64,000 nt of DNA. It comes from Thermovirgaceae bacterium (GTDB lineage: Bacteria; Synergistota; Synergistia; Synergistales; Thermovirgaceae). Made by a program: the position numbers and the translations under genes. Positions 49,264-58,812 of this stretch are shown piece after piece. The notes under the pieces were generated by a model, which was given only the letters and a program-made list of their open reading frames with translations, had not been told where the DNA came from and did no database searches. The stretch is from assembly GCA_049974965.1 (NCBI GenBank), contig JBNGCT010000001.1, positions 2,624 to 66,623 of the forward strand, in the 5' to 3' direction. Numbering within the stretch: position 1 is the first letter of the stretch; each line of letters starts with the position of its first letter.

Positions 49264-49539
49264 ATGACAAAGGCAGATCTGGTGCAGGCTGTGGCGAAGG
49301 CCGCAGGAATCAACAAGCGGCAGGCCGGCGAAGCCGTGGCGGCTATGATCGACGCGATCAACGCTGCGCTCGCGAAAGGTGAGAAGGTGCAACTTGTAGG
49401 GTTCGGGACTTTCGAGGTTCGAAAGCGCGCGGCCCGGAAGGGGAGAAATCCCCAGGATCCGTCAAAGGTCATCAACATCCCCAGCAAGAAGGTTCCGGCT
49501 TTCCGCCCCGGAAAGGCTTTGAAGGACCGGGTTTCCTAG
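49264..49539 (+). CDS. hup: DNA-binding protein HU
   Basis: MTKADL, VQLVGFGTF, RKGRNP, PAFRPGK. Confidence 0.96.
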   Translation: MTKADLVQAVAKAAGINKRQAGEAVAAMIDAINAALAKGEKVQLVGFGTFEVRKRAARKGRNPQDPSKVINIPSKKVPAFRPGKALKDRVS

Positions 49540-49560
49540 GAATCGTCCTTTCGCTTTTCT

Positions 49561-50421
49561 TCAAGGATTCCGAGAGGAATCGAGGCGGGTGGACCTTTCA
49601 AGGTTTCGCCCGCCAGATTTTATCCATTCCTCGTAAAGTTGCCCCCATGCCTGGGTATCGAGCTCTTCGGCCCTCTGCTTCGAACCGATACCAATTTTTT
49701 CAAACCATTCCAGAATCATTGCCCTTTCAAGATGCAGTCCTCCGACAAGGTTGTTAAAGAGCGTTTTCCTGCGTTGCCTGTAAGCCCTTTCAACAAAAAA
49801 CCGCCATCGATTTTCCTCTTTAAGGAAACTCGTCCTGTTCAGGTGGATCTGCAGGATTGCGGACTGGACCTTCGGCCTGGGCTGGAAGACTTCGGGCGGA
49901 ACGGTTTTCAAAATTTCGACAGTCCCCATACGCGCCAGAGTGACGCTCAGTGGATTACTCCGTCTGGAACCCGGGCGCGCGGACAGCCTTTCGGCGGCTT
50001 CCTTCTGTACCATCATCAGAAAATACCCGGTCCCCGCGGGAGCCGCTTCCTCGAGAAGTTTCCATAAAAGGTCCGTGCTGATCTGATAGGGGATATTGGC
50101 GACTATCTTGTCCGGCTGGTAATCAAAAAACCGGCGGTAATCCAAGGCAAGTGCGTCACGCCAGATAATCTCCAGATGTGGATGACAGGACTTGAGGGGC
50201 TCCAGCTCGGAGGAAAAACGCCGGTCTATCTCGATTGTATAAAGGCGAAGAGGTCCCGCCTGGAGCAAATGTCGCGTGAGCATACCTTTTCCCGGACCTA
50301 TTTCGAGGACCGTATCCCCTGGTCGAATTGCCGCCTTTTGGCACATGAATCCGGCAATATTCGAGTCAATCAAAAAATGCTGACCGATCTTTGCGTGAAC
50401 GCCTTTTCCCTTTATCGTCAT
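49561..50421 (-). CDS. rsmA: 16S rRNA m6(2)A dimethyltransferase
   Basis: GQHFL, LEIGPGKG, IEIDR, ANIPYQIS, MVQKE, QRRKTL.N. Confidence 0.95.
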   Translation of the reverse strand: MTIKGKGVHAKIGQHFLIDSNIAGFMCQKAAIRPGDTVLEIGPGKGMLTRHLLQAGPLRLYTIEIDRRFSSELEPLKSCHPHLEIIWRDALALDYRRFFDYQPDKIVANIPYQISTDLLWKLLEEAAPAGTGYFLMMVQKEAAERLSARPGSRRSNPLSVTLARMGTVEILKTVPPEVFQPRPKVQSAILQIHLNRTSFLKEENRWRFFVERAYRQRRKTLFNNLVGGLHLERAMILEWFEKIGIGSKQRAEELDTQAWGQLYEEWIKSGGRNLERSTRLDSSRNP

Positions 50422-50464
50422 CGTTGTTTTTCGCCGCCGTTTCTTTCGCCTTTTTCTTCCAGGT

Positions 50465-50500
50465 AAAAGTAAAGCGGGAGACCAACGTCTCCCGCTTTTT
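50465..50500 (-). terminator. Terminator after tRNA-Pro
   Basis: AAAGCGGGAGAC-CAAC-GTCTCCCGCTTT, T-rich on both strands. Confidence 0.8.
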
Positions 50501-50506
50501 GCTTTC

Positions 50507-50584
50507 TGGTCGGGACGAGAGGATTTGAACCTCCGACCCCTTGACCCCCAGTCAAGTGCGCTTACCAGACTGCGCTACGTCCCG
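50507..50584 (-). tRNA. tRNA-Pro(GGG)
   Basis: Reverse complement CGGGACGTAGCGCAG...CTTGA-CTGGGGG-TCAAG...GTTCAAAT...CGTCCCGACCA. Confidence 0.96.
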
Positions 50585-50596
50585 TCAGCGTCGAGT

Positions 50597-50625
50597 ATTG
50601 TATCTTTGATTCTTTCCCGGGTCAA
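50597..50625 (-). promoter_or_regulatory. Sigma70/A promoter of tRNA-Pro
   Basis: Minus strand TTGACC-17 nt-TACAAT. Confidence 0.75.
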
Positions 50626-50653
50626 GCACGGAAACAAATCCCGGCTGGTGTGA

Positions 50654-51598
50654 CTATTCCTTCGGTTCCCAGGTTTCACCGCACCTGCCAAGGACGTAGG
50701 TCCATTTCTCTTCGACTTCTTTCTGGAGCTGCTCGATCACGGGTTTCCATTCATCGCTTTTGAAAAGATGACGGAACCTGCCCTGAGGCTTGAGGTACTC
50801 CTCGACAGGGACAAATTTCCTTGGCTTGTAATTGAGCTTCCATTCCCCGTTTTCCACTTCGTACACGGGCCAGATTCGCGTGTCTGCAGCCAGCCTGCAG
50901 ATTTCCTTCTGCATGGCCGGATCAATTCTCCAGAAAAGCACGCAGGGTACAAGGATATTGACAAAGCTTGGTCCCGGGGTCTCAACGGCCTTCTTGACCT
51001 TTTCGATCACGTCCTGCGGATTGTGGAGCGTCGTCTGGGCCACGTAAGGAATGTGATGAGCGGCCATGATATCCGTCAGGTCTTTCGGGCGCTGGATCTT
51101 GCCGGGGATCTTCTTCCCGGCGGGGGACGTCGTCGCGCTGGCGCCGTGGGGGGTCGCGCTGCTCCTTTGGGCTCCGGTATTCATGTATCCCTGGTTGTTG
51201 TAGCAGATATAGGTGAAATCGTGTCCACGCTCGGCGGCCCCTGAAAGGGCCTGCAGCCCGATGTCGTAGGTTCCACCGTCACCACCGAAAGCGACGAACT
51301 TGATGTCTTCGGTGATCTTGCCCCGCTTTTTCAGAGCCACGTAAGCGGCTTCAATTCCTGAAACGTTTGCCCCGGCATTCTCGAACGCGCTGTGGAGAAA
51401 GGGGACATTCCAGGCGTTGAAAGGATAAATCGTCGTGGAAACCTCAAGACATCCTGTAGCGCAGGTCACGACCAGGGGCTTGTCGACAGCGATGAGGCCC
51501 TGCTTGACCGCCGTGGGTGCTCCGCATCCGGGACACATCCTGTGGCCTCTTGTCATCGGTGTATCTTTGGTTGTCAAATCTTTCAGCCTGACAGCCAT
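50654..51598 (-). CDS. porB: Pyruvate/2-oxoacid:ferredoxin oxidoreductase beta subunit
   Basis: GHRMCPGCG, ATGCLEV, GGDGG...YNNQGYMNTG TPP motif. Confidence 0.93.
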   Translation of the reverse strand: MAVRLKDLTTKDTPMTRGHRMCPGCGAPTAVKQGLIAVDKPLVVTCATGCLEVSTTIYPFNAWNVPFLHSAFENAGANVSGIEAAYVALKKRGKITEDIKFVAFGGDGGTYDIGLQALSGAAERGHDFTYICYNNQGYMNTGAQRSSATPHGASATTSPAGKKIPGKIQRPKDLTDIMAAHHIPYVAQTTLHNPQDVIEKVKKAVETPGPSFVNILVPCVLFWRIDPAMQKEICRLAADTRIWPVYEVENGEWKLNYKPRKFVPVEEYLKPQGRFRHLFKSDEWKPVIEQLQKEVEEKWTYVLGRCGETWEPKE

Positions 51599-51616
51599 TG
51601 TGTCGGCACCTCCTGC

Positions 51617-52792
51617 CTACTCGCGGAGCCCGAGGTATTTTTCCCCGGCGCTCATGCGGTTTTCGACGAGGTCCATGAAAGCCTCCTCGGCATTGTGGGG
51701 GAAGAAATCACGGCCTCCAAGTCCATAAACATAACTGTTGACGGGAACCATTATCCCTTCGTCATACAGTGCGCCCTTTATTTCCGTGAAAAGGGGAGCT
51801 GCCGCTCCAAAGCCTGCGGCCCGGTCGCACACGGCGACGTTTTTGGCATTTTTGAGAACATCGGCGATGTCTTTTGCGGGGAAGGGCCGGAACATGCGGA
51901 TTCTCAGGCAGCCTACCCTGTGCCCCTTCTCCCTGAGCGCGTCGACGGTTTCCTTGGCCGCACCCGTCGCAGAGGACATGATCACCATGATATGCTCGGC
52001 ATCTTCAGTCCTGTACCCCTCGATGACGGGATATTTCCTTCCCGTCAGGGCCGCGAACTCCTCCGATACGTCTTCGTAGACTTTCCTGACGTTCTTCATG
52101 GCCTCGATCTGTTGCCGTTTGATCTCAAAGTAGTAATCCGTGAGCGCCAGAGAGCCGTAGGCTACCGGATTGTGTATATCCAGAAGAGAATTGACCGGTT
52201 GCCTTTCGCCGATGAATTTCGCGACCTGTTCATCGTCCAGAAATTCCACCGGTTCGAAGCAGTGGCTTGTGATGAACCCGTCCTGGCAAACGAATACGGG
52301 AAGAAGAACATCCTTGTGCTCTGCCACACGAACGGACATGATCATCGAGTCGTAGACTTCCTGGCCGTCTTCACAGTAAAGCTGGATCCACGACGAATCA
52401 CGTTCCGCCATGCTGTCGCTGTGGTCACAGTGAATGTTGATCGGAGCTCCCAGTGACCTGTTGACAAGGGCGAAGACAACGGGAGCCCTGTAGGATGCGG
52501 CGATGGGGAAGATCTCGTGCATGAGGGCCACGCCGTTGGCGCTCGAGGCTGTCATGACCCTGGCTCCTGAAATGGAGGCCGAGAGGCAGGCGCTGATGGC
52601 GGAATGTTCGCTTTCGACGGTGACCAGGTTCGTATCGACGGCGCCGTCGGCGACGAATTCGGAGAACTTCATGGGAATATCTGTCGACGGGGTAATGGGG
52701 TATGCGGCCACGACGTCGGGATTAATCTGCCGCATCGCTTCGGCGACAGCCCAGTTGCCTGAGGTGATATCCTTTCGAGGCATACGTATCAC
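51617..52792 (-). CDS. porA: Pyruvate/2-oxoacid:ferredoxin oxidoreductase alpha subunit
   Basis: AAYPITPST, VESEHSA, NIHCDHSD, YGLGGRD; start may be ATG 52783. Confidence 0.93.
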   Translation of the reverse strand: MIRMPRKDITSGNWAVAEAMRQINPDVVAAYPITPSTDIPMKFSEFVADGAVDTNLVTVESEHSAISACLSASISGARVMTASSANGVALMHEIFPIAASYRAPVVFALVNRSLGAPINIHCDHSDSMAERDSSWIQLYCEDGQEVYDSMIMSVRVAEHKDVLLPVFVCQDGFITSHCFEPVEFLDDEQVAKFIGERQPVNSLLDIHNPVAYGSLALTDYYFEIKRQQIEAMKNVRKVYEDVSEEFAALTGRKYPVIEGYRTEDAEHIMVIMSSATGAAKETVDALREKGHRVGCLRIRMFRPFPAKDIADVLKNAKNVAVCDRAAGFGAAAPLFTEIKGALYDEGIMVPVNSYVYGLGGRDFFPHNAEEAFMDLVENRMSAGEKYLGLRE

Positions 52793-52809
52793 ATCCTTCT
52801 TCGCGTTCT

Positions 52810-53103
52810 TTACTCTTCGAGGAATTCGGATTCAGGCCGCATCTCGATTGCCTGTTTCGGGCAAACGGCGGCGCACAGTCCGCAACCCTTGCAATAGAAA
52901 TAGTCTATACCCGTCATTTTGCCTTCTTCGTTTGCCTTGATGGATCTGTCGGGGCACTGGATCCAGCACTGCAGGCAGTGGATGCACTTGTCCTCGTCCC
53001 AGACGGGCCTGACGCTGCGCCATTGCCCTGTTTCAACTTCCTCCGCGGTAGAAGCAGGCACTGTTGTCCCAGGGGGGAGATCCTTCCAGCCTTTCAGTTT
53101 CAT
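52810..53103 (-). CDS. porD: Pyruvate/2-oxoacid:ferredoxin oxidoreductase delta subunit
   Basis: TGQWRSVRP, CIHCLQCWIQCP, YCKGCGLCAAVCP. Confidence 0.93.
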   Translation of the reverse strand: MKLKGWKDLPPGTTVPASTAEEVETGQWRSVRPVWDEDKCIHCLQCWIQCPDRSIKANEEGKMTGIDYFYCKGCGLCAAVCPKQAIEMRPESEFLEE

Positions 53104-53675
53104 GCTTCCTGCACCTCCTCGAAACCGCGCCTGATGGCGTTCAGGTTCGCCTGCAGGACCTTTTCGGGAAGCTTTGCTCCCATCTTGGTCCTGAAATGCT
53201 CGATGAACGCATCGACGGAAACGTCCCCGAACAGCCTGGCTGCAGCACCAAGCATCGGTGTGTTCGGGCGGTTCTGGCCGAACTCTTCAAGGGTAATCCC
53301 TGTCGCATCCACCGTCATGACCTTTGCTGAGGCGGGCAGTCCAAGCTGTTTCTTGATTTGTTCGGGCCTTTTCGTCGTGTTGATGATGTAGACCGTATCT
53401 TCCTTTCCTCCCTCCGCCGGGTTCACGGCATCCAGAAGGGTCGGGTCGATGACCATAACCACATCGGGATTCAGCACGCCGGACCTGACACGGATGGGTT
53501 CTTCGGAAATCCGGTTGTAAGCCTTCATGGGAGCCCCCTGTCGTTCCGCTCCGTATTCAGGGAAGGCCTGCGCGAATTTCCCGGATTCAAACAAGACTTC
53601 AGACAAGATGGCGGAGCCGGTTTTTGCCCCCTGTCCACCTCGTCCATGCCATCGAATTTCGATGACCTTTGACAT
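53100..53675 (-). CDS. porC: Pyruvate/2-oxoacid:ferredoxin oxidoreductase gamma subunit
   Basis: EIRWHGRGGQG, FPEYGAERQGAP, NTPMLGA. Confidence 0.93.
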   Translation of the reverse strand: MSKVIEIRWHGRGGQGAKTGSAILSEVLFESGKFAQAFPEYGAERQGAPMKAYNRISEEPIRVRSGVLNPDVVMVIDPTLLDAVNPAEGGKEDTVYIINTTKRPEQIKKQLGLPASAKVMTVDATGITLEEFGQNRPNTPMLGAAARLFGDVSVDAFIEHFRTKMGAKLPEKVLQANLNAIRRGFEEVQEA

Positions 53676-53965
53676 ATGTTTCCCCTCCTTTTAAAGAACC
53701 TTTGCAATTCCTGGCGGATCAAAACTGCAAACGGACGCAAACAGTATTTGTACCTTCACTCATAGTACCATAGGGATAACTTCGAAAGATTATCGGGGCA
53801 AGCCTTTCCAGCAGACCATATGGAGTTCCCGCACTGATCGGGAGAGAGTGACGGACCAACTGATTTACGAATATTAAAAAAATTGACACACCAGCCATGT
53901 ATATTGTATGAAGAACACTCATTTCGTCAAGACAGACAGGACAAAACGGGGTGAGAAAAAAGACC

Positions 53966-54901
53966 ATGAAAGCGGGCATCATTTTGAACACAGAGCCTGA
54001 AAAGTCAGTCAAAACCTGTCTCGAAAGACACATGGGAGCTTCCGTCATCGGGGAGATCGGCTTTGGTAACGGTGAGTTCCTGGTACATCTTGCAAAAAGT
54101 GCTCCCGAAACGCTTTTTTTCGGATTTGAAGTTTCGAAAACATGCCTTTTGAAGTGCTGCAACAGAGCTGAAACAGAAGGGCTCCAAAACGTGAGGCTGC
54201 TTCACGGGGACGCCCGGTTCCTTTTGCGGGAATGTTTCCCTGATTCTGTTTTCGATGGGCTCTATATGAATTTCCCTTGCCCGTGGCCGAAGAAAAAACA
54301 CGAGAAACGGCGTGTAACGGCAGGAACCTTTCCTGACGTGCTGGCGGCGGTCCTGAAAATCGGTGCGTACTTTGAAATGGCTACGGACGACGAAACCTAT
54401 GCCGCCGAAGCGGAAGAAACGCTTCACGGTCATCCGGCCATTACCTGCGAAGGTCATTGGATCAACCCGGAAAGAGCGGTCATGACCAAGTACGAGAGGA
54501 AATGGACGGCTGCGGAAAAGACAATCCATGTGATACGATTCCGAAAGGCACGATCGTGGACGGTGGAACGTCTACACGAAGGGGGCGGACGAATGCACCT
54601 GGAATACAATGGCCCCGTACCCGACCTGGATACTCTCGGGCAACTCCAAGACGAGCAAGGTGGAGGAAAAGACTGCCGCTGGGTCTTCAAAACCTCGTAC
54701 CAGGGATCAGACGGGACCTTTCTTCTCGAAACGATGACCTCTGACGGGGAATTCCGGCAACATTTTTTCATGAAAATTGTCCCCCGGGATGAAGCGGTCC
54801 TGGTGAAGCTTGACCCGGCGACAAGACCTTTTGTCACTCCATCGGTGGAAGGTGCGATGCAGGAACTCGTCTTCATGCTGGAAAAAGGAGCTTGGCAATG
54901 A
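53966..54901 (+). CDS. trmB: tRNA (guanine-N7)-methyltransferase with C-terminal extension
   Basis: EIGFGNG, NFPCPWPKKKHEKRR, ATD, TKYERKW. Confidence 0.93.
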   Translation: MKAGIILNTEPEKSVKTCLERHMGASVIGEIGFGNGEFLVHLAKSAPETLFFGFEVSKTCLLKCCNRAETEGLQNVRLLHGDARFLLRECFPDSVFDGLYMNFPCPWPKKKHEKRRVTAGTFPDVLAAVLKIGAYFEMATDDETYAAEAEETLHGHPAITCEGHWINPERAVMTKYERKWTAAEKTIHVIRFRKARSWTVERLHEGGGRMHLEYNGPVPDLDTLGQLQDEQGGGKDCRWVFKTSYQGSDGTFLLETMTSDGEFRQHFFMKIVPRDEAVLVKLDPATRPFVTPSVEGAMQELVFMLEKGAWQ

Positions 54902-55314
54902 AAGGTTACGGAATGTATCCGATCGGATTTGTCAGATCCGTGATCAAGGTGCCCCAACCGCCTGAAATCTTTCGCCGGACCTCGTCGGCCGTTGAAGTTG
55001 AAGAAACGTATCGCGATGCTCTCGAGGGAATCCGGGAAGGGCAGTCGGTCCTTGTGCTTTTCGTGTTCCACAAAAGCAACGGGTTCTCAATGAAAGTCCA
55101 CCCACGGGGCGATGTGAACCGCCCGGTCAGAGGACTTTTTACCACTTGCAGTCCGGCGAGACCGAATCCGGTCGGTGTGACTCCCGTGGAGGTCTTGAAA
55201 ATCAACGGGTGTCGCCTTACCGTCAAGGGCCTTGACGCAATAGACGGAACGCCGGTCATAGACATCAAACCCCTCGTGCGGGACTACATGGAGGGACTCG
55301 AAGGGAGACGGTAA
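54892..55314 (+). CDS. trmO: TrmO/TsaA (YaeB) family SAM-binding protein, single domain
   Basis: PIG.V.S, GLF.TCSPARPNPVG, GLDAIDGTPVIDIKP. Confidence 0.88.
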   Translation: MAMKGYGMYPIGFVRSVIKVPQPPEIFRRTSSAVEVEETYRDALEGIREGQSVLVLFVFHKSNGFSMKVHPRGDVNRPVRGLFTTCSPARPNPVGVTPVEVLKINGCRLTVKGLDAIDGTPVIDIKPLVRDYMEGLEGRR

Positions 55315-55329
55315 AAGATCACGCAAGGA

Positions 55330-55839
55330 TTGCGCCCGACCCCTGGAAAAGTTGTTATGGCGTTGTTTCAGATTCTCGGTTCCGTTGAGGGGTACAAGGT
55401 GCTGGAACTTTTCGCCGGAACCGGCCGAATTACCGACAAGGCGCTGGCAGGCGGCGCTGTGTCCGTGCACCTTGTGGAGAAATCACGACAGGGAGTTGCG
55501 AAACTGAAACAGAAATTGAAAAACCGCGGAAACGTCCTGATTTACAGCATGGATGTCAGGCGGGCCATACCGCTTCTTAAAAAGAGGGGTAACCGATACG
55601 ATCTTGTTTTCGCGGACCCTCCCTATGAAAAGGGCTGGCTGGGATGGCTGACCATTCTCGCGGCGGATGATGTCACGGAACTTCTGAAAGGCAATGGGCT
55701 TATGGTAATTGAACATTCCATCCGGGAAAACCCGCCTGAAGATGGGGCAGGAGGCCTGGCACTTGTTCAAACACGCCGGTACGGTGATACATGCCTGTCA
55801 TTTTTCCGGAAGGACACGGGAAAGGAGGAAAACGCGTGA
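55330..55839 (+). CDS. rsmD: 16S rRNA m2G966 methyltransferase
   Basis: RPT, LFAGTG, FADPPY, YGDT; upstream of coaD. Confidence 0.88.
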   Translation: MRPTPGKVVMALFQILGSVEGYKVLELFAGTGRITDKALAGGAVSVHLVEKSRQGVAKLKQKLKNRGNVLIYSMDVRRAIPLLKKRGNRYDLVFADPPYEKGWLGWLTILAADDVTELLKGNGLMVIEHSIRENPPEDGAGGLALVQTRRYGDTCLSFFRKDTGKEENA

Positions 55840-56333
55840 TCCATCGGGCGATCTATCCGGGTTCCTTTGATCCGATCACGAACGGACATATATACATTGC
55901 CGAAAGGGCGGCGGCCATTTTCGACGAGCTCATCGTGGGAGTACTGCAGAACAGAAACAAGAACTACACTTTCAATATCGATGAACGCCAGGCGATGAAC
56001 AGGGAAGCCTTGAGTCATTTGCCGAATGTGCGTGTCAAGTCTTTCGAGGGTCTTCTGGTCGATTTCATGCGAGCTGAACAATGCAGGGTCATTATCAGGG
56101 GGCTCAGGGCACTCTCCGATTTTGAATACGAATTCCAGCTCGCGCTCATGAACCGGCAACTTGCCCCGGAAATAGAGACTTTCTTCATCGTCACCGAAGC
56201 GAAGTATTCCTACCTGTCAAGCAGTACGATCAAGGAAGTCTTTCACTTCGGCGGATCCATACAGGACATGGTCCCGCCGGGGGTATACCGGAGGCTGAGA
56301 GAGCGCTTCCCCCCAAAAACCATTACCGGCTGA
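55836..56333 (+). CDS. coaD: Phosphopantetheine adenylyltransferase
   Basis: YPGSFDPITNGH, RGLRALSDFEYE, LSSS. Confidence 0.97.
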   Translation: MIHRAIYPGSFDPITNGHIYIAERAAAIFDELIVGVLQNRNKNYTFNIDERQAMNREALSHLPNVRVKSFEGLLVDFMRAEQCRVIIRGLRALSDFEYEFQLALMNRQLAPEIETFFIVTEAKYSYLSSSTIKEVFHFGGSIQDMVPPGVYRRLRERFPPKTITG

Positions 56334-57564
56334 AAAAAACCGGCGGTGCGACCCGCTCCCTCCCGGGTTCAGGTGAATCGACAAGGTTTTCCCACAAGCC
56401 GCAGGCCCTGTATTCGATCTCTGCAACGGTTTTCTCAAAGGAATCCCTGAAATCCTTGTGCCGGAACAAAACCGGCAATGAAGCCGTTTCCTTCATGTCA
56501 CGAAGGAGTCTTTTGCCCGATTCGTTCATTCCCAGGACCCGTATATAAGGGGGTGACGTCATCTGGGCCCTGCGGTTGTCCTCGTGGCGCAATCCCAAAA
56601 GGATGTGGACCAGATGCCTTTGTATCCGTCCCCGGGGATACCGTTTGCTGACGCATGATTCCACAAAATCTTCCAAGGATCCGGACCTTTTCGCCCTTTC
56701 AAGTATCCGATGCTCAAGACCTTCGGACATCTCCGCGTAACGCCTGATTTCCTCAGCCTTGAGGCGAATGATAACGGATCTCAGAATGCGCCAGTAATAC
56801 ATCGTCGAGAGGAGGCATCGTCCCTGCCTGATGTCCCGTGCTATAAGCCGGGCACTTTCTTCGGGAAGGGCTTTGAGGATCTCCGTCTGTTTCTCCCTGA
56901 GGGCGCGCCGTATGGCGGTGGCACTTGGCAAAAAGCCCGTTTCGGTGCTATGGTATGCTCCGCCGATGCGGCGCACCGGGAGAGGCTTGATGGAATAATG
57001 CTTTTCGCGCAGGCGCAGCAGGTAGGAAAACGCCAACGTGTTATTGGGTTTCGAAAGAATGTCTTTTGCCCCCGGGACAAGAGAATCTGCTGCCCGAGAA
57101 CGCGCCTCCGCGTAAGAAAAGCCGCTTTTCAGATGGGCGGCAAGGGCTTTTTTGAAAGTTTCGGGCTCCAGGAGCAAAACATCCAGCAGTTTTTCGTCCA
57201 CTTTTTCAGGGGTTTCCATCCCGAAACAAAGGTGCGTCACAAGGCCTGTGGAAGCGAGCAAGTCCACCGCGCCGGCTGCAAAAACTCCGGCGTTATGGGA
57301 AGAATACAGGGCAGGAAGCTCAACGACGAGGTCCGCGCCATGGGCAAGGGCCATTTCGGTCCTCGTCCGCTTCTCGAGAAAAGCCGGTTCCCCCCTTTGG
57401 ACGAAATTCGACGAAAGGATCACAATCGTCGCCTTCGCGCCCGATTGGCGGCACGCCGCTTCCATGTGATATAAATGACCCGTGTGAAAGGGGTTGTATT
57501 CAGCAATGATGCCGACCACCCCGTAATCACGGCAAGCGATTTTCCCCACCTCCCGTAAGGGCAT
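56323..57564 (-). CDS. tmcAL: tRNA(Met) cytidine acetate ligase TmcAL (YlbM/DUF795)
   Basis: GIIAEYNPFHTGH, S.NFVQRGEP, PNN.L...Y, SATAIR, YIRVLG. Confidence 0.93.
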   Translation of the reverse strand: MPLREVGKIACRDYGVVGIIAEYNPFHTGHLYHMEAACRQSGAKATIVILSSNFVQRGEPAFLEKRTRTEMALAHGADLVVELPALYSSHNAGVFAAGAVDLLASTGLVTHLCFGMETPEKVDEKLLDVLLLEPETFKKALAAHLKSGFSYAEARSRAADSLVPGAKDILSKPNNTLAFSYLLRLREKHYSIKPLPVRRIGGAYHSTETGFLPSATAIRRALREKQTEILKALPEESARLIARDIRQGRCLLSTMYYWRILRSVIIRLKAEEIRRYAEMSEGLEHRILERAKRSGSLEDFVESCVSKRYPRGRIQRHLVHILLGLRHEDNRRAQMTSPPYIRVLGMNESGKRLLRDMKETASLPVLFRHKDFRDSFEKTVAEIEYRACGLWENLVDSPEPGRERVAPPVFFSR

Positions 57565-57615
57565 GTGGCAGTACGATACGCCGGAGGTAGGCTTTTGGTC
57601 AAGGAGGATGAGAAG

Positions 57616-58812
57616 ATGAAGATACTGGTACTGAATTGTGGCAGTTCATCACTGAAATACCAGGTGTTTGACATGACAACGGAGGAAGTGCTTTCGAAAG
57701 GCCTGGTCGAACGAATCGGCATCGAAGGTTCGCGGATCAAGCACGAAAAAGCGGGCGACGACCCCGTCGTCTTCGATGTACCGATACCGGACCACAAGGC
57801 GGGAATCAGAAAGATGCTGGATGCCCTCCTGGATGAAACACACGGGGTACTCAAGAGCCTGGACGAACTCTCTTCGGTGGGGCACAGGGTCGTTCACGGC
57901 GGTGAAAAATTCGCCCGTTCCGTCGTGGTGGACAAAGAGGTCCTCAAGGTCATAGAGGAATGTGTACCCCTTGCCCCCTTGCACAACCCTGCAAACCTGA
58001 CCGGCATCAAGGCGATGATCGAACTCCTTCCGGAAACCCCCCAGGTTGCCGTCTTCGACACAGCCTTTCACCAGACCATGCCGGACTATGCCTACATGTA
58101 CGGCGTACCGTACCACTATTATGAAGAGTACCGCGTGCGCCGTTACGGTTTTCATGGAACGAGTCACGCATATGTGGCTCACCGCGCTTCGGAGATCCTG
58201 AACAGGCCCTATAATGAACTGAAAATCGTAACATGCCATCTAGGCAACGGCAGTTCGATTACCGCCGTTGATCGCGGCAAGTCCGTAGACACAAGCCTCG
58301 GGTTCGGAACCGTCCCCGGGGTCCTGATGGGAACCCGGTGCGGTGAAGTTGACCCAACACTGGTGCTGTATCTCATGGAGAAGGAAAACCTCGATGCAAA
58401 ACTCATGAGCCATGTCCTGCACAAGGAAAGCGGTGTCCTCGGAGTTTCCGGCATCAGCAGCGATCTCAGGGACGTCGAGGAGGCGGCTGATAAAGGGAAC
58501 AAACGTGCAAGGCTCGCCCTTGACATGCTTTGTTACGGGATAAGGAAACACATCGGGGCCTACGCGGCTGCCATGGGCGGAATAGACGCAATCGTCTTTA
58601 CTGCCGGCATCGGCGAAAACAGCTCAACCGTCAGGAAGCAGGTTCTTCAGGGCCTCGGATTCCTCGGCGTCAAACTGGACGCCGGGAAAAACGATGTCCG
58701 GGGCGAGGAACGGATTATCAGCACCGACGATTCAAGGGTCTCGGCCTTGATCGTGCCGACGAACGAAGAACTCGTCATCGCCAGAGACACAACGGAGCTG
58801 ACCACGGGCTAG
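57616..58812 (+). CDS. ackA: Acetate kinase
   Basis: ILVLNCGSSSLK, GHRVVHGG, APLHNP, YGFHGTSH, FTAGIGENS, PTNEE. Confidence 0.97.
   Translation: MKILVLNCGSSSLKYQVFDMTTEEVLSKGLVERIGIEGSRIKHEKAGDDPVVFDVPIPDHKAGIRKMLDALLDETHGVLKSLDELSSVGHRVVHGGEKFARSVVVDKEVLKVIEECVPLAPLHNPANLTGIKAMIELLPETPQVAVFDTAFHQTMPDYAYMYGVPYHYYEEYRVRRYGFHGTSHAYVAHRASEILNRPYNELKIVTCHLGNGSSITAVDRGKSVDTSLGFGTVPGVLMGTRCGEVDPTLVLYLMEKENLDAKLMSHVLHKESGVLGVSGISSDLRDVEEAADKGNKRARLALDMLCYGIRKHIGAYAAAMGGIDAIVFTAGIGENSSTVRKQVLQGLGFLGVKLDAGKNDVRGEERIISTDDSRVSALIVPTNEELVIARDTTELTTG

Noticed and set aside
53676-53950. AT-richer spacer between porC and trmB with imperfect palindrome GATAAC...ATTATC
   Set aside because: Consistent with ordinary divergent promoters; the palindrome is too imperfect to assign to a regulator
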